Below are positions 20,762-30,238 of a DNA stretch of 64,000 bases, piece by piece. Positions within the stretch are counted from its first letter, which is position 1; every line of letters starts with the position of its first letter. The translations under genes were made by a program, and so were the position numbers. The DNA is from Candidatus Cloacimonadales bacterium (GTDB taxonomy: Bacteria > Cloacimonadota > Cloacimonadia > Cloacimonadales > JAFGVF01): the NCBI GenBank assembly GCA_963677495.2, contig CAXXOU010000004.1, positions 448,001 through 512,000 on the forward strand, read 5' to 3'. The notes under the pieces are model-generated. The model worked only from the letters and a program-made list of their open reading frames with translations. It was not told the DNA's origin and ran no database searches.

Positions 20762-21231
20762 ATGGATAAAGATAGATTATTATCACTGCTAGTTCCGGGT
20801 TTAAACGGAACACTATCACTTAACTTGAACAATAGCAGCTTAAACCAGTTAGTTAAAGAATCTATGGGGGAGAAGCAGATTTTATTGAGGGACTTGAGAT
20901 AGAGAATGGATATATTCTTGCAAAGGTAAAGAAAGTTATAACTCTCAAGCTTAAGCTTGTTCCTGAGATAGTAGAATTTACAAGAACTTCCCTAAAGATA
21001 GGTGTCGTACCCCTTGGTGTCCCTGATTCATTTCTAAAAGTGATAGTAAAAGCTGTCGAAGTCATCGGTTTACCAGTCTCATATACCGATAGCATTATTA
21101 TAGATGTTAGCTCTAAACTTATTGAGGCAACTGATGGAATGCCAATTTCAGTGAATGAACTTATCGATAAAGCCAACATTGCCTTTAACTGCCAGAAAGA
21201 TATTTTTAGAATTGATTTGATTCTTCCTTAA
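20762..21231 (+). CDS. Hypothetical protein (~156 aa), frameshifted in the G5 run at 20866-20870
   Basis: MDKDRLLSLLVPG...ESMG joins GEADFIEGLEIENGYILAKV...RIDLILP if one G is added; GGGGAG SD. Confidence 0.65.
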
Positions 21232-21337
21232 GCGATATTGGTTTGATTATGAGTAAAATTATCCTCCTTGATTGATTTAAACGTATCGTAGAATCAATCT
21301 CCGAATCATGACGATGATTCCCAGCAATTAAAACTGT

Positions 21338-21457
21338 ACCTTTGGAATGGTCAAAGACCTTGCAAATGGTACACTTCGAAGGAAGGAACACCCCACCGTG
21401 CTGGGAGTATGTCCTGCGAATTCACCATTTGCAAGGTCTAAAGACCATTCCAAAGGT
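21338..21457. repeat. Inverted-repeat (REPIN/MITE-like) element, copy 1
   Basis: 33-34-bp arms ACCTTTGGAATGGTC...GACCTTGCAAATGGT in inverted orientation; second copy at 33098-33198. Confidence 0.88.
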
Positions 21458-21476
21458 GGGTAGATGTGTGGTAAAA

Positions 21477-21595
21477 GTCTGATATCCACACCTACTTTGC
21501 TCCCGCTCCTCCACCGGTCCTCTCGGGGATAGCCGGGAGAGGACCGGGAGTGATCCACGAGTGGGTCAGGAGAGGATACCTGATTTATATCAGAC
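21477..21595. repeat. 11-bp-period hairpin, family D (unit ~CCGGGAGAGGA)
   Basis: CTCCCGCTCCT/CCACCGGTCCT then CCGGGAGAGGA/CCGGGAGTGAT/CCACGAGTGGG/TCAGGAGAGGA; closing stem GTCTGATAT/ATATCAGAC. Confidence 0.8.
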
Positions 21596-21604
21596 ACTAC
21601 AAAG

Positions 21605-21772
21605 ATGATGAATAAATTACACAAAGCATATCCCGAAGTTGATCTTAAAACGCTGACACCTGAGGATGTTGTTGCACTTAACTTGCTTGTCATCACGATT
21701 AAAATGGCTGTTGAGAGTGAGTTATTGCCTGCAATAGAAGAAATAAGTGATTTGATACATCCAATCTTATAG
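21605..21772 (+). pseudogene. 5'-truncated paralog of the 5465-5917 protein (55 codons)
   Basis: MMNKLHKAYPEVDLKTLTPEDVVALNLLVITIKMAVESELLPAIEEISDLIHPIL aligns without gaps to MMYKLKKLHPEIDLKTIDITYIIDNALPIRTISEAVENELLPKVTRYQSLDSWIV; in-frame stop just upstream. Confidence 0.85.
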
Positions 21773-21949
21773 TTGTATGGATTTAACTGAAGGTGTCGGT
21801 TTGTCCTCGTTCGTGAGTATTATGTCTTCCTTCATAGTATTGTTACATAACCTTTAAAGCGCTCTATGGCCAGTCTCGAGTTACATTAACTAGAAATAAC
21901 CCAATAAAAAATAACGAAAACACTTGACAGAAAAGATGGTGGTGACTAA

Positions 21950-21967
21950 TCGTGATGTTGTTCACGA
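21950..21967 (+). promoter_or_regulatory. Putative Rex operator downstream of TTGACA (21924)
   Basis: TCGTGA-N6-TCACGA 18-bp palindrome resembling the Rex box TTGTGAA-N4-TTCACAA. Confidence 0.7.
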
Positions 21968-21980
21968 AAAGGAAATGATA

Positions 21981-22598
21981 ATGATAAAAGGTTTACAGAT
22001 TTCACTGATAAGAAGATTGCCTGTCTACGTTGATTGTTTGAGACGTTTGAAGAAAGGCGGAAATGAGTATATCTCAACCAGAGTTATCTCTGAGATGAGT
22101 TTGATACATGATACTCAAGTTCGTAAAGACTTCGCTTCAGCCGGTCTGAAAGGTGTGCCCAAAGTTGGTTACCATGTTCAGACAGTGTTAGACAGACTTA
22201 TCGATGTTCTTAACTGGAGAGATCTGAGTGTCGCCTTCCTCGTGGGTGCCGGTAATTTAGGAGCTGCTTTGCTTGGTTACGAAGGCTATCCTGAAACCGG
22301 AATGCAGATTATCGCAGCTTTCGATACTGATAATGATAAGGTAGGGAAGTTGATTAATAATGTGCAGATCTTTCCGATGGAGAAGTTTGTTAATTTAGCA
22401 AGCAGACTTCAAGTACAGATCGGGATTATAACAACACCACCTCATGTAGCTCAAAGAGTAGCTGATATGATGGTTGAGTGTGGATTCAAAGGAATATGGA
22501 ACTTCTCACCGAGAGTTCTGAATGTGCCTGACGATGTAGTAGTAGAGAATGCGGACCTATATTCCGGTTTAGTAGTCTTGAAATACAAGTTGAGCTAA
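21981..22598 (+). CDS. rex: Redox-sensing transcriptional repressor Rex
   Basis: RRLPVY, QVRKDF, G..KVGY.V, VGAGNLG.AL and IWNF; ATG at 21981 (alternative 21975) after AAGGA. Confidence 0.93.
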   Translation: MIKGLQISLIRRLPVYVDCLRRLKKGGNEYISTRVISEMSLIHDTQVRKDFASAGLKGVPKVGYHVQTVLDRLIDVLNWRDLSVAFLVGAGNLGAALLGYEGYPETGMQIIAAFDTDNDKVGKLINNVQIFPMEKFVNLASRLQVQIGIITTPPHVAQRVADMMVECGFKGIWNFSPRVLNVPDDVVVENADLYSGLVVLKYKLS

Positions 22599-22616
22599 TA
22601 TTTTTTTTGAATCTAA

Positions 22617-22634
22617 TCGTGATAACTATAACGA
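22617..22634 (+). promoter_or_regulatory. Second putative Rex operator, upstream of hydC
   Basis: TCGTGA-TAACTA-TAACGA, with the same spacing and CTAA prefix as 21950. Confidence 0.6.
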
Positions 22635-22657
22635 TAAAAGATAAATAAGGAGTCCAA

Positions 22658-23161
22658 ATGGAAAATGGAGCAATGCTTAAAGCTGCTAAATTTGAGAAAG
22701 TGAATGCTATTTTGGAAGCATACAACTTCGACTCAAGCAGAATGATTACTATCTTGCAGAAAGTTCAGGATGAGTATCGATATCTTCCTCAGGAAGTAAT
22801 TACCTATGTTGCAACGTGTCTCGGAGTACCACCGGCTCGAGTCTACGGTGTTGCCACCTTCTATTCCCATTTCTCACTCGAACCTAAAGGGAAATATGTC
22901 ATTAAGATCTGTGATGGAACTGCCTGCCACGTAAAAGGTTCAGGTAAGTTAATCAATGTGATTAGAGAGAAGTTAAACCTGACTGAAAAGGTTAAAACTT
23001 CATCTGATATGCTCTTTACTTTAGAGACAGTATCTTGTCTCGGAGCATGTGGTTTGGCCCCTGTTGTACTTATCAATGAAGATGTACACGGACTTGTAAC
23101 TGAAGAGAAAGCTCTTCAACTTATTGATGAAGTAAAGGCTCAGGAGGAACAAAGTGAATAA
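22658..23161 (+). CDS. hydC: Bifurcating [FeFe]-hydrogenase subunit C (NuoE-like 2Fe-2S)
   Basis: VYGVATFY, CDGTACHVKG and CLGACGLAP. Confidence 0.9.
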   Translation: MENGAMLKAAKFEKVNAILEAYNFDSSRMITILQKVQDEYRYLPQEVITYVATCLGVPPARVYGVATFYSHFSLEPKGKYVIKICDGTACHVKGSGKLINVIREKLNLTEKVKTSSDMLFTLETVSCLGACGLAPVVLINEDVHGLVTEEKALQLIDEVKAQEEQSE

Positions 23162-25040
23162 AGCGACTCTTAATAAAATTTTTACAGAATATCGTGATGG
23201 AAGTAACGACTTAAAGAGAAGAATCATTATATGCGGTGGTACCGGATGTATCGCTAATGGTTCTCAGAAGGTTGCAGACAAGCTTGTTGCCCGTTTAAAT
23301 GAAGAGGGTATCAAAGCTGATGTCAAAATGGATTACCATGATTGTAAAGACCATACTGTTATTTCTATGAGCGGTTGCCAAGGCTTCTGTCAGGTTGGAC
23401 CACTCCTTTCTATTGAACCTGACGGTTTACTTTATACTCACGTGAAAGAGGACGATGTTGATGAAATCATCGAAACAACTATTAAGAATGGAGAAGTGAT
23501 TGATAGACTTCTTTATGTTAATCCTGCAACAAAAGAGCACTGTAAAGGCTACGATGAGATTCCTTTCTATGCGAAACAGAAACGTACTGTTCTTGCTGCT
23601 TGTGGTAATATGGATCCAGAAGATATCAGAGAGTATATTGCAAGTAAAGGCTATTTCATGGCTCATGATGTATATCATAACTTAGACGGTATTGATATCT
23701 GCAGAATAATCGAATCTTCAGGACTTCGTGGTCGCGGTGGTGGTGGATTCCCAACCGGAACTAAGTGGCGCTACACACTCGCAGAAAGATCAGAGAAGAA
23801 ATACGTTATTTGTAATGGTGACGAAGGTGATCCGGGAGCATTCATGGATAGAAGTATCCTTGAAGGTAACCCACATGCAGTTATCGAAGGAATGATGATT
23901 GCAGGTAAAGCTATTGGTGCAGATGAAGGATACATTTATGTTAGAGCTGAATATCCACTCGCAATTCAGAGAATGGACAAAGCAATCAAAGAAGCTGAAG
24001 AACTTGGTATTCTTGGTGACAATATCTTTGAAAGCGAGTATTCTTTCAAACTTCATATCATGGAAGGTGCAGGTGCATTTGTTTGTGGTGAAGAGACAGC
24101 TCTTATCGCTTCGATCGAAGGTCAACGTGGTATGCCAAGACCTAAGCCACCATATCCTGCTCAGAAAGGTTTATTCGGTAAACCTACAGTGATCAATAAT
24201 GTTGAGACCCTTGCCGGTGTTGCCGGGATCATTGAGCAAGGTGCAGAAGCCTATAGAAGGATTGGAACAGAGAACTCTCCTGGAACAAAGACCTTCGCTT
24301 TAACAGGTCATGTTGCAAACACCGGACTTATAGAAGTACCATTTGGTACAACAGTTAGAGAGATTGTATTCGACATCGGTGGTGGTGTAATCAACGATGA
24401 AGGTGAAATCGATAACGATGATTTCAAAGCTGTTCAGATTGGTGGACCTTCAGGTGGTTGTTTAACTCCTGACCATCTAGATATCCCTCTAGACTTCGAC
24501 TCATTAAAATCTATAGATGCAATGGTTGGATCAGGTGGTCTTGTTGTAATGAATAAGAGCACATGTATCGTACAGATTGCAAAGTTCTTCATGAAGTTCA
24601 CAACTCACGAATCATGCGGTAAATGTATTCCATGTCGTGAAGGAACACGTCAAATGCTTAACCTCTTAGATGATATCATTGAAGGCAGAGGAACTCTTGA
24701 AACCCTCGACCTGCTTGAATCACTTGGAAAATCAATTCAGAAATCTTCACTCTGCGGATTGGGTAAATCAGCTCCATCTCCTGTTCTCTCCACACTCAAG
24801 TATTTCAGAGATGAGTATATAGCTCATGTTGTAGATAAGAAGTGTCCTACAAAACAGTGTAAAGCACTCAGTCCTATAGAGATTGATGCAGATAAGTGTA
24901 AAGGATGTACACTTTGTGCAAAGATCTGCCCTGTAGATGCAATTAGTGGAGTTGTAAGAGAAGCACATGTTATTGATCCTGATAAGTGTATCAAGTGCGG
25001 TGCTTGTATTGAGAAGTGTAAATTTGGAGCTATCAGCTAG
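23154..25040 (+). CDS. hydB: Bifurcating [FeFe]-hydrogenase subunit B (NuoF-like)
   Basis: GLRGRGGGGFPTG, CNGDEGDPGAFMDR, GAGAFVCGEETAL, ESCGKCIPCREG and C-terminal 2x[4Fe-4S]. Confidence 0.93.
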   Translation: MNKATLNKIFTEYRDGSNDLKRRIIICGGTGCIANGSQKVADKLVARLNEEGIKADVKMDYHDCKDHTVISMSGCQGFCQVGPLLSIEPDGLLYTHVKEDDVDEIIETTIKNGEVIDRLLYVNPATKEHCKGYDEIPFYAKQKRTVLAACGNMDPEDIREYIASKGYFMAHDVYHNLDGIDICRIIESSGLRGRGGGGFPTGTKWRYTLAERSEKKYVICNGDEGDPGAFMDRSILEGNPHAVIEGMMIAGKAIGADEGYIYVRAEYPLAIQRMDKAIKEAEELGILGDNIFESEYSFKLHIMEGAGAFVCGEETALIASIEGQRGMPRPKPPYPAQKGLFGKPTVINNVETLAGVAGIIEQGAEAYRRIGTENSPGTKTFALTGHVANTGLIEVPFGTTVREIVFDIGGGVINDEGEIDNDDFKAVQIGGPSGGCLTPDHLDIPLDFDSLKSIDAMVGSGGLVVMNKSTCIVQIAKFFMKFTTHESCGKCIPCREGTRQMLNLLDDIIEGRGTLETLDLLESLGKSIQKSSLCGLGKSAPSPVLSTLKYFRDEYIAHVVDKKCPTKQCKALSPIEIDADKCKGCTLCAKICPVDAISGVVREAHVIDPDKCIKCGACIEKCKFGAIS

Positions 25041-25048
25041 GAGGAACA

Positions 25049-27063
25049 ATGAAAGAAACTATAAAAGTAAATGGAGTTAATATCCCAATCGAGGGAGAAA
25101 AGAACTTATTAGACCTTTGCAGAAAAGCAAATATAGATATCCCGACATTCTGTTATCATTCAGAGTTAAGTGTATACGGAGCTTGTCGCCTGTGTTTGGT
25201 AGACATAGAAGGCATGGGACTTGTTACAAGTTGTTCAACAGTTCCAAAAGCCGGTATGGTGATTCGCACTAATACTGAAGAGATCAGAGAAACTCGTAAG
25301 ACTATCGTTAAGCTTCTTTTAGCTAACCACGATAACAAATGCACAACATGCTATAAATCAGGCGATTGCCGTCTCAGAGATTTAGCGGACAGAATGGGAG
25401 TTGAAGAAGTTCAATTCGCTCCAACCAAAGACCCTCAGCCGATAGACAGTAAATCCTGTTCGCTCGTTCGTGATCCAAACAAATGTATTCTTTGCGGTGA
25501 CTGCGTGAGATATTGTACAGAAATACAAGGCATTGGTGCAATAGATTTTGTGGGTAGGGGAGATGAAGTGATAGTCGCTCCTGCATTTAACAAATCTTTA
25601 GCAGATGTCGGGTGTATAAATTGCGGACAATGTGCAGCTGTATGTCCTACAGGTGCAATTGTTCCAAAAAGTGAAATTCAACAGGTGTGGAAGGCTCTGG
25701 ATAACAGGGACAAACTGGTTGTAGCTCAAATAGCTCCTGCTGTTCGCGTGGCGCTTGGTGAACTCTTCGGGCGAAAGACTCAACTGATGTTACCGGTAAG
25801 ATCTTTAGAGCTTTAAGATTGCTTGGTTTTGATCGTGTATATGATACTTCCTTCGGTGCTGATTTGACTGTGATTGAAGAAGCTAACGAATTTATCGGAA
25901 GACTGCAACGCAAAGAAAGATTGCCTCTGTTTACTTCTTGCTGCCCGGGATGGGTTAAATATGCGGAACAGTCATATCCTGATCTTCTGGAAAACCTTTC
26001 CACCTGTATGTCCCCTCAACAGATGCAGGGAAGCATTGTGAAACATGCTCTCTCAAAAGAGGAGAAGAGAGAAGAGAGCGAAATCGTGATGGTTTCAATC
26101 ATGCCATGTACTGCTAAGAAGTATGAAAACAAACGTCCTGAGCACACAAGAAACGGTGTTAGAATCGTAGATTATGTTCTTACAACACAAGAACTTGCTA
26201 AGATGATTAAAGAAGCAGGTATCGTATTCGAAGACCTTGTTCCTGATAGTGTTGATCTTCCATTCGGTTTCTCAACCGGTGCAGGTGTTATATTCGGTAA
26301 CTCAGGTGGTGTCTCAGAAGCAGTATTACGCTATGCTTATGAGAAGCTAACAGGAAGCAACTTAGCAGACGTTGAAATTAAAGAAGTCCGTGGTTGCGAA
26401 GGCCTTAAAGAAGCATCAATCGATATCGATGGAACAACTGTGAAGATGGCTATCGTACATGGAATCAAGAATGCAGGACAAGTATGTGAGTCAGTTATCA
26501 AAGGTGACTGTGACTATGATATAATCGAAGTCATGGCTTGTCCGGGTGGTTGTATCAATGGTGCAGGTCAGCCTGTTACTCATGAGACAGAAACTCGTAG
26601 AAAAAGAACAAAAGCACTCTACAATGTAGATAGAAGAATGCAGCTACATAAAGCACAACAGAATCCATTCATCATGGAATGCTATCGTAACTATCTTGGT
26701 GGAGAAGCGGGAAGTCATGAAGCTCATGAACTCCTCCATACTCATTATTCAGTTAAACGTAGAATCAAAGAGGACCCTGTAGCATTAGTTGAAGGTACTG
26801 AGAAGAAGAGAGTACAAGTTAAGGTTTGTATTGGTACAAGCTGTTTCTTAAAAGGCTCACAAGAGATCTTATCAGGTGTACTCAAATCAGTAGAACAGAA
26901 GCATAATGATGGCTTTGTAGATGTGAATGCCACTTTCTGCAAAGAGCGTTGTGATAAAGGTCCAACAGTCAGAATTGGTGATGAAATTATCACACATGCA
27001 AACCTTGAACAAGTATTAGCTAAAATGGATGAGAAGATCAGTCTAATCAAAGCTGAGGTGTAA
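25049..27063 (+). CDS. hydA: Group A [FeFe]-hydrogenase catalytic subunit, split by a 1-nt frameshift at ~25768-25770
   Basis: F-cluster motifs in 25049-25816; H-cluster motifs TSCCP, MPCTAKKYE and EVMACPGGCING in 25819-27063; adding one G to the GGG run gives ELFGAKDSTDVTGKIFRALRLLGFD (671 aa). Confidence 0.92.
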
Positions 27064-27324
27064 ATGACACACACAATCAAAATCTGTATGGGCTCTTCCT
27101 GTTATGCCAGAGAAAACAAAGAGAACTTAGAGATTATCAGAAAATGGATTAGCGATAACGACTTAGTAAGAGATGTTAGAATAACCGGAACACTATGTTC
27201 AGGTAACTGCTCAGAAGGTCCAAACATCTTTATAGATGAGAAGAGATTTAAAGTAGTCCAACCTGAATCAATAGAGTACATACTAAATACAACAATAAAG
27301 AATGAAGGAGTTAAAAATGACTAG
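27064..27324 (+). CDS. Small thioredoxin-like [2Fe-2S] protein (HfsA-like)
   Basis: ICMGSSC...LCSGNCSEGPN. Confidence 0.82.
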   Translation: MTHTIKICMGSSCYARENKENLEIIRKWISDNDLVRDVRITGTLCSGNCSEGPNIFIDEKRFKVVQPESIEYILNTTIKNEGVKND

Positions 27325-28468
27325 TTATTTCTTTATGCCTACAAGAAACATTATGGGAAGTGGTTCAGTAAATGAAATCCCAAATGAGCTTAAGACATTA
27401 AAAGCAAAAAAAACCTTAATCGTAACAGATAAACCACTTATGCATGCAGGAATCGTTGAGATGGTTCTGGATGTATTAGATAAAGCAAAGATGGAATATG
27501 TCGTAGTAGATAACATTCAGCCTAATCCAACAGATAAGAATGTCCATGATGCTTGGGAAGTGTATAAGAAAGAGAATTGTGATTCAATCATCCCTGTTGG
27601 TGGTGGTTCACCAATGGATGCAGCAAAAGGTGTTGGTATCCTTGTAAACAATGGTGGAAACATCAGAGATTACGAAGGCGTAGATAAATCTAATGAAAAC
27701 ATGCCACCATTTATCGCAGTTAATACAACTGCAGGAACTGCGAGTGAAATGACCAGATTCACAATCATCACAGATACAGACAGACATATCAAAATGGCTA
27801 TCGTGGACTGGAGAATAACACCAAACGTAGCTATCAATGATGCTGACCTTATGGTTTCTATGCCGAAGTCTTTAACAGCAGCAACAGGTATGGATGCACT
27901 TACACATGCAGTTGAAGCCTATGTTTCTACAATCGCTACACCTGTAACTGATTCTGTTGCAATCAAAGCTATTGAACTCATTGGTAAGTACCTTCCAAAA
28001 GCTGTGGCCAACGGACAGGACTTAGTAGCAAGAGATATGATGGCTAATGCTGAGTTCCTAGCAGGTATGGCTTTCAACAATGCATCTCTTGGTTATGTTC
28101 ATGCTATGGCTCATCAACTTGGTGGTTTGTATGATCTTCCACATGGTGTTTGTAATGCAATCCTCTTACCTCACGTAAGTAGATTCAATATCTTAGCAAA
28201 AGCTGAGAAGTTTGCAGACATAGCTGTAGCTCTGGGTGTAGATATTGAAGGTCTCTCTCCAATGGAAGCTGCAGAGGAAGCTATTATTGCAATCTCAGAA
28301 CTGAGTAGAGCAGTTGGAATCCCAAGTGGTCTTTCCGAACTCGAAGTAGTTAAGACTGAAGATTTTCCAACATTGGCAAAGAACGCACAAGCTGATGTTT
28401 GCTGCTTAACAAATCCAAGAACTGCTTCATTAGATGAAGTAATCGAAATATATAACAACGCGTTTTAG
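27317..28468 (+). CDS. Iron-containing alcohol dehydrogenase
   Basis: GGGSPMD, NTTAGTASE, GMDALTHAVE, HAMAHQLG and HGVCNA; ATG at 27317 has an AAGGAG SD. Confidence 0.92.
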   Translation: MTSYFFMPTRNIMGSGSVNEIPNELKTLKAKKTLIVTDKPLMHAGIVEMVLDVLDKAKMEYVVVDNIQPNPTDKNVHDAWEVYKKENCDSIIPVGGGSPMDAAKGVGILVNNGGNIRDYEGVDKSNENMPPFIAVNTTAGTASEMTRFTIITDTDRHIKMAIVDWRITPNVAINDADLMVSMPKSLTAATGMDALTHAVEAYVSTIATPVTDSVAIKAIELIGKYLPKAVANGQDLVARDMMANAEFLAGMAFNNASLGYVHAMAHQLGGLYDLPHGVCNAILLPHVSRFNILAKAEKFADIAVALGVDIEGLSPMEAAEEAIIAISELSRAVGIPSGLSELEVVKTEDFPTLAKNAQADVCCLTNPRTASLDEVIEIYNNAF

Positions 28469-28534
28469 TACATACAAAAAAGATGGTTCGGGAGAGACGG
28501 CAAAACTCTCCCGGGCTGTTTAATTGGAGTAGCA

Positions 28535-30238
28535 ATGAATAGAATATCACCTATATATACACATAAGACCAAATGTCGTGACTGTTTCAAATGCATCAGA
28601 CACTGTCCGGTTAAGGCTATCAAAGTTGAAAACGGTAGTGCAGTAGTTGATTCTGAACGTTGCATCCTATGTGGAAAATGCACCCAGATCTGTCCCGTCG
28701 AAGCCAAACGGGTTAGAAATGATGTTACAGGTGTGGAACTTCTATTAGAAACAAAGACAAAAGTGATTGTCTCGCTTGCTCCATCTTACAAGAGTATGTT
28801 TGATTGTAGTGATTCTGCTTTGATAGCAGCACTTAAGAAACTAGGTTTTTCGCATGTCTCTGAGACTGCTTTAGGTGCTACAATTGTTTCTCAACAAGTA
28901 GCTGAAGAACTTAAGAAAGAGGATGCTAATCTCTTAATATCTTCTGCCTGTCCGGTCGTTAATGAGTATATATCTAAATATAAACCTGAGTTTTCAACCT
29001 ATCTTTCTAAGCTCTTGTCACCTGCTCAAGCACATGCAAAATACTTGAAAGAGCATTATGGGAATGATGTAGCTGTTGTCTTCATTAATCCATGTGTAGC
29101 TAAGAAGAATGAAGCAGACCTATTACCCGTATATATAGATATCTCAATTACTTTTACTGAATTAAATGAGATGTTTATCAATCACAAAGTACACTTAGAA
29201 GAGACAGATGAGCAACATCATTTTGAACCTGTAACAGCCGGTATTTCATCATCCTATCCGCTAGATGGTGGTATGATAGATACTGTTAAAGAGTTTTATA
29301 CAAACAGTGATGCTGATTTCATTAGCTTCACAGATTTAAGAGAGATGGAAGAGGTCCTTAAGACACCCACAGATTATAATCACAACAAACTATTCCTGGA
29401 ACTCATGGCTTGCCCCGGTGGTTGTATTAATGGACCTTCTCTTCCATCATCAAAACCTTTATCTTTGAGGAAACTCTCTGTTCAGCATGGTGTTAATAAC
29501 TCAATCAGTGAAATAGAAAAGCTCGGAGAAATTGCGATTAACAATAACTATCCTGTAAACAGAGTTGAAGATTCAACCTATTCAGATTCAGAGTTAAACG
29601 CAATTCTAAGACAAATTGGCAAATGCTCTCACAAGGATGAACTTAACTGTGGAGGTTGTGGTTATTCAACCTGTCGTGATTTTGCAACTGCGGTATTAAA
29701 TGGTTTCGCTCAGAAGTATATGTGTGTTACTTATATGCGCTCCCTAGCAATGAACAAAGCTAATGCACTTCTTAAAGCAATGCCTTCAGGTGTGATAATC
29801 GTTGATGATAAACTGAAAGTTATTGAGTGTAATCGTCGCTTCGCCGAAATCATCGGTGGTGACTTAACCTATGTTTTTGATGCTAAACCCGGTCTCACAG
29901 ATTCATACCTCAAAAGGATTGTTAGCTTTTCCTCCTACTTCGAAGCATTTCTTAAATCACCTAATGAGCTTCTGGAGACCGAATTTAGCTTCAACAAGAA
30001 GATTCTTAAACTCATACTTTTCCCTATAGAGGGAAGACGGATTATAGGTGGTATAGTTCAAGATATTACTCATCCATCTATGCATAGAGAACAGGTCATT
30101 GAGAAAGCTAAGAAAGTCATAATGACCAACTTAACTGCTGTTCAACAGATTGCGTTCCTCTTAGGGGAGAGTGCTTCTGAAACTGAGATACTTCTGAACT
30201 CAATCATCGACTCATTTGAACACGATAAAAATGACTAA
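28535..30238 (+). CDS. Sensory-type [FeFe]-hydrogenase with PAS domain (HfsB/HydS-like)
   Basis: N-terminal 2x[4Fe-4S]; variant H-cluster motifs SSACP, INPCVAKKNE and ELMACPGGCING; LNCGGCGY.TC; C-terminal PAS. Confidence 0.88.
   Translation: MNRISPIYTHKTKCRDCFKCIRHCPVKAIKVENGSAVVDSERCILCGKCTQICPVEAKRVRNDVTGVELLLETKTKVIVSLAPSYKSMFDCSDSALIAALKKLGFSHVSETALGATIVSQQVAEELKKEDANLLISSACPVVNEYISKYKPEFSTYLSKLLSPAQAHAKYLKEHYGNDVAVVFINPCVAKKNEADLLPVYIDISITFTELNEMFINHKVHLEETDEQHHFEPVTAGISSSYPLDGGMIDTVKEFYTNSDADFISFTDLREMEEVLKTPTDYNHNKLFLELMACPGGCINGPSLPSSKPLSLRKLSVQHGVNNSISEIEKLGEIAINNNYPVNRVEDSTYSDSELNAILRQIGKCSHKDELNCGGCGYSTCRDFATAVLNGFAQKYMCVTYMRSLAMNKANALLKAMPSGVIIVDDKLKVIECNRRFAEIIGGDLTYVFDAKPGLTDSYLKRIVSFSSYFEAFLKSPNELLETEFSFNKKILKLILFPIEGRRIIGGIVQDITHPSMHREQVIEKAKKVIMTNLTAVQQIAFLLGESASETEILLNSIIDSFEHDKND

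Noticed and set aside
21328..21696. 122-aa minus-strand ORF and other short ORFs over repeats (5128-5370, 32650-32872, 33236-33418, 50166-50444, 57207-57452)
   Set aside because: They run through palindromic repeats, lack SDs or recognisable motifs, and the first is antisense to the real paralog fragment.
25760..25820. Programmed frameshift or truly split hydA
   Set aside because: There is no slippery heptamer; one extra G in a G-run restores a normal HydA, and similar indels recur in the window.
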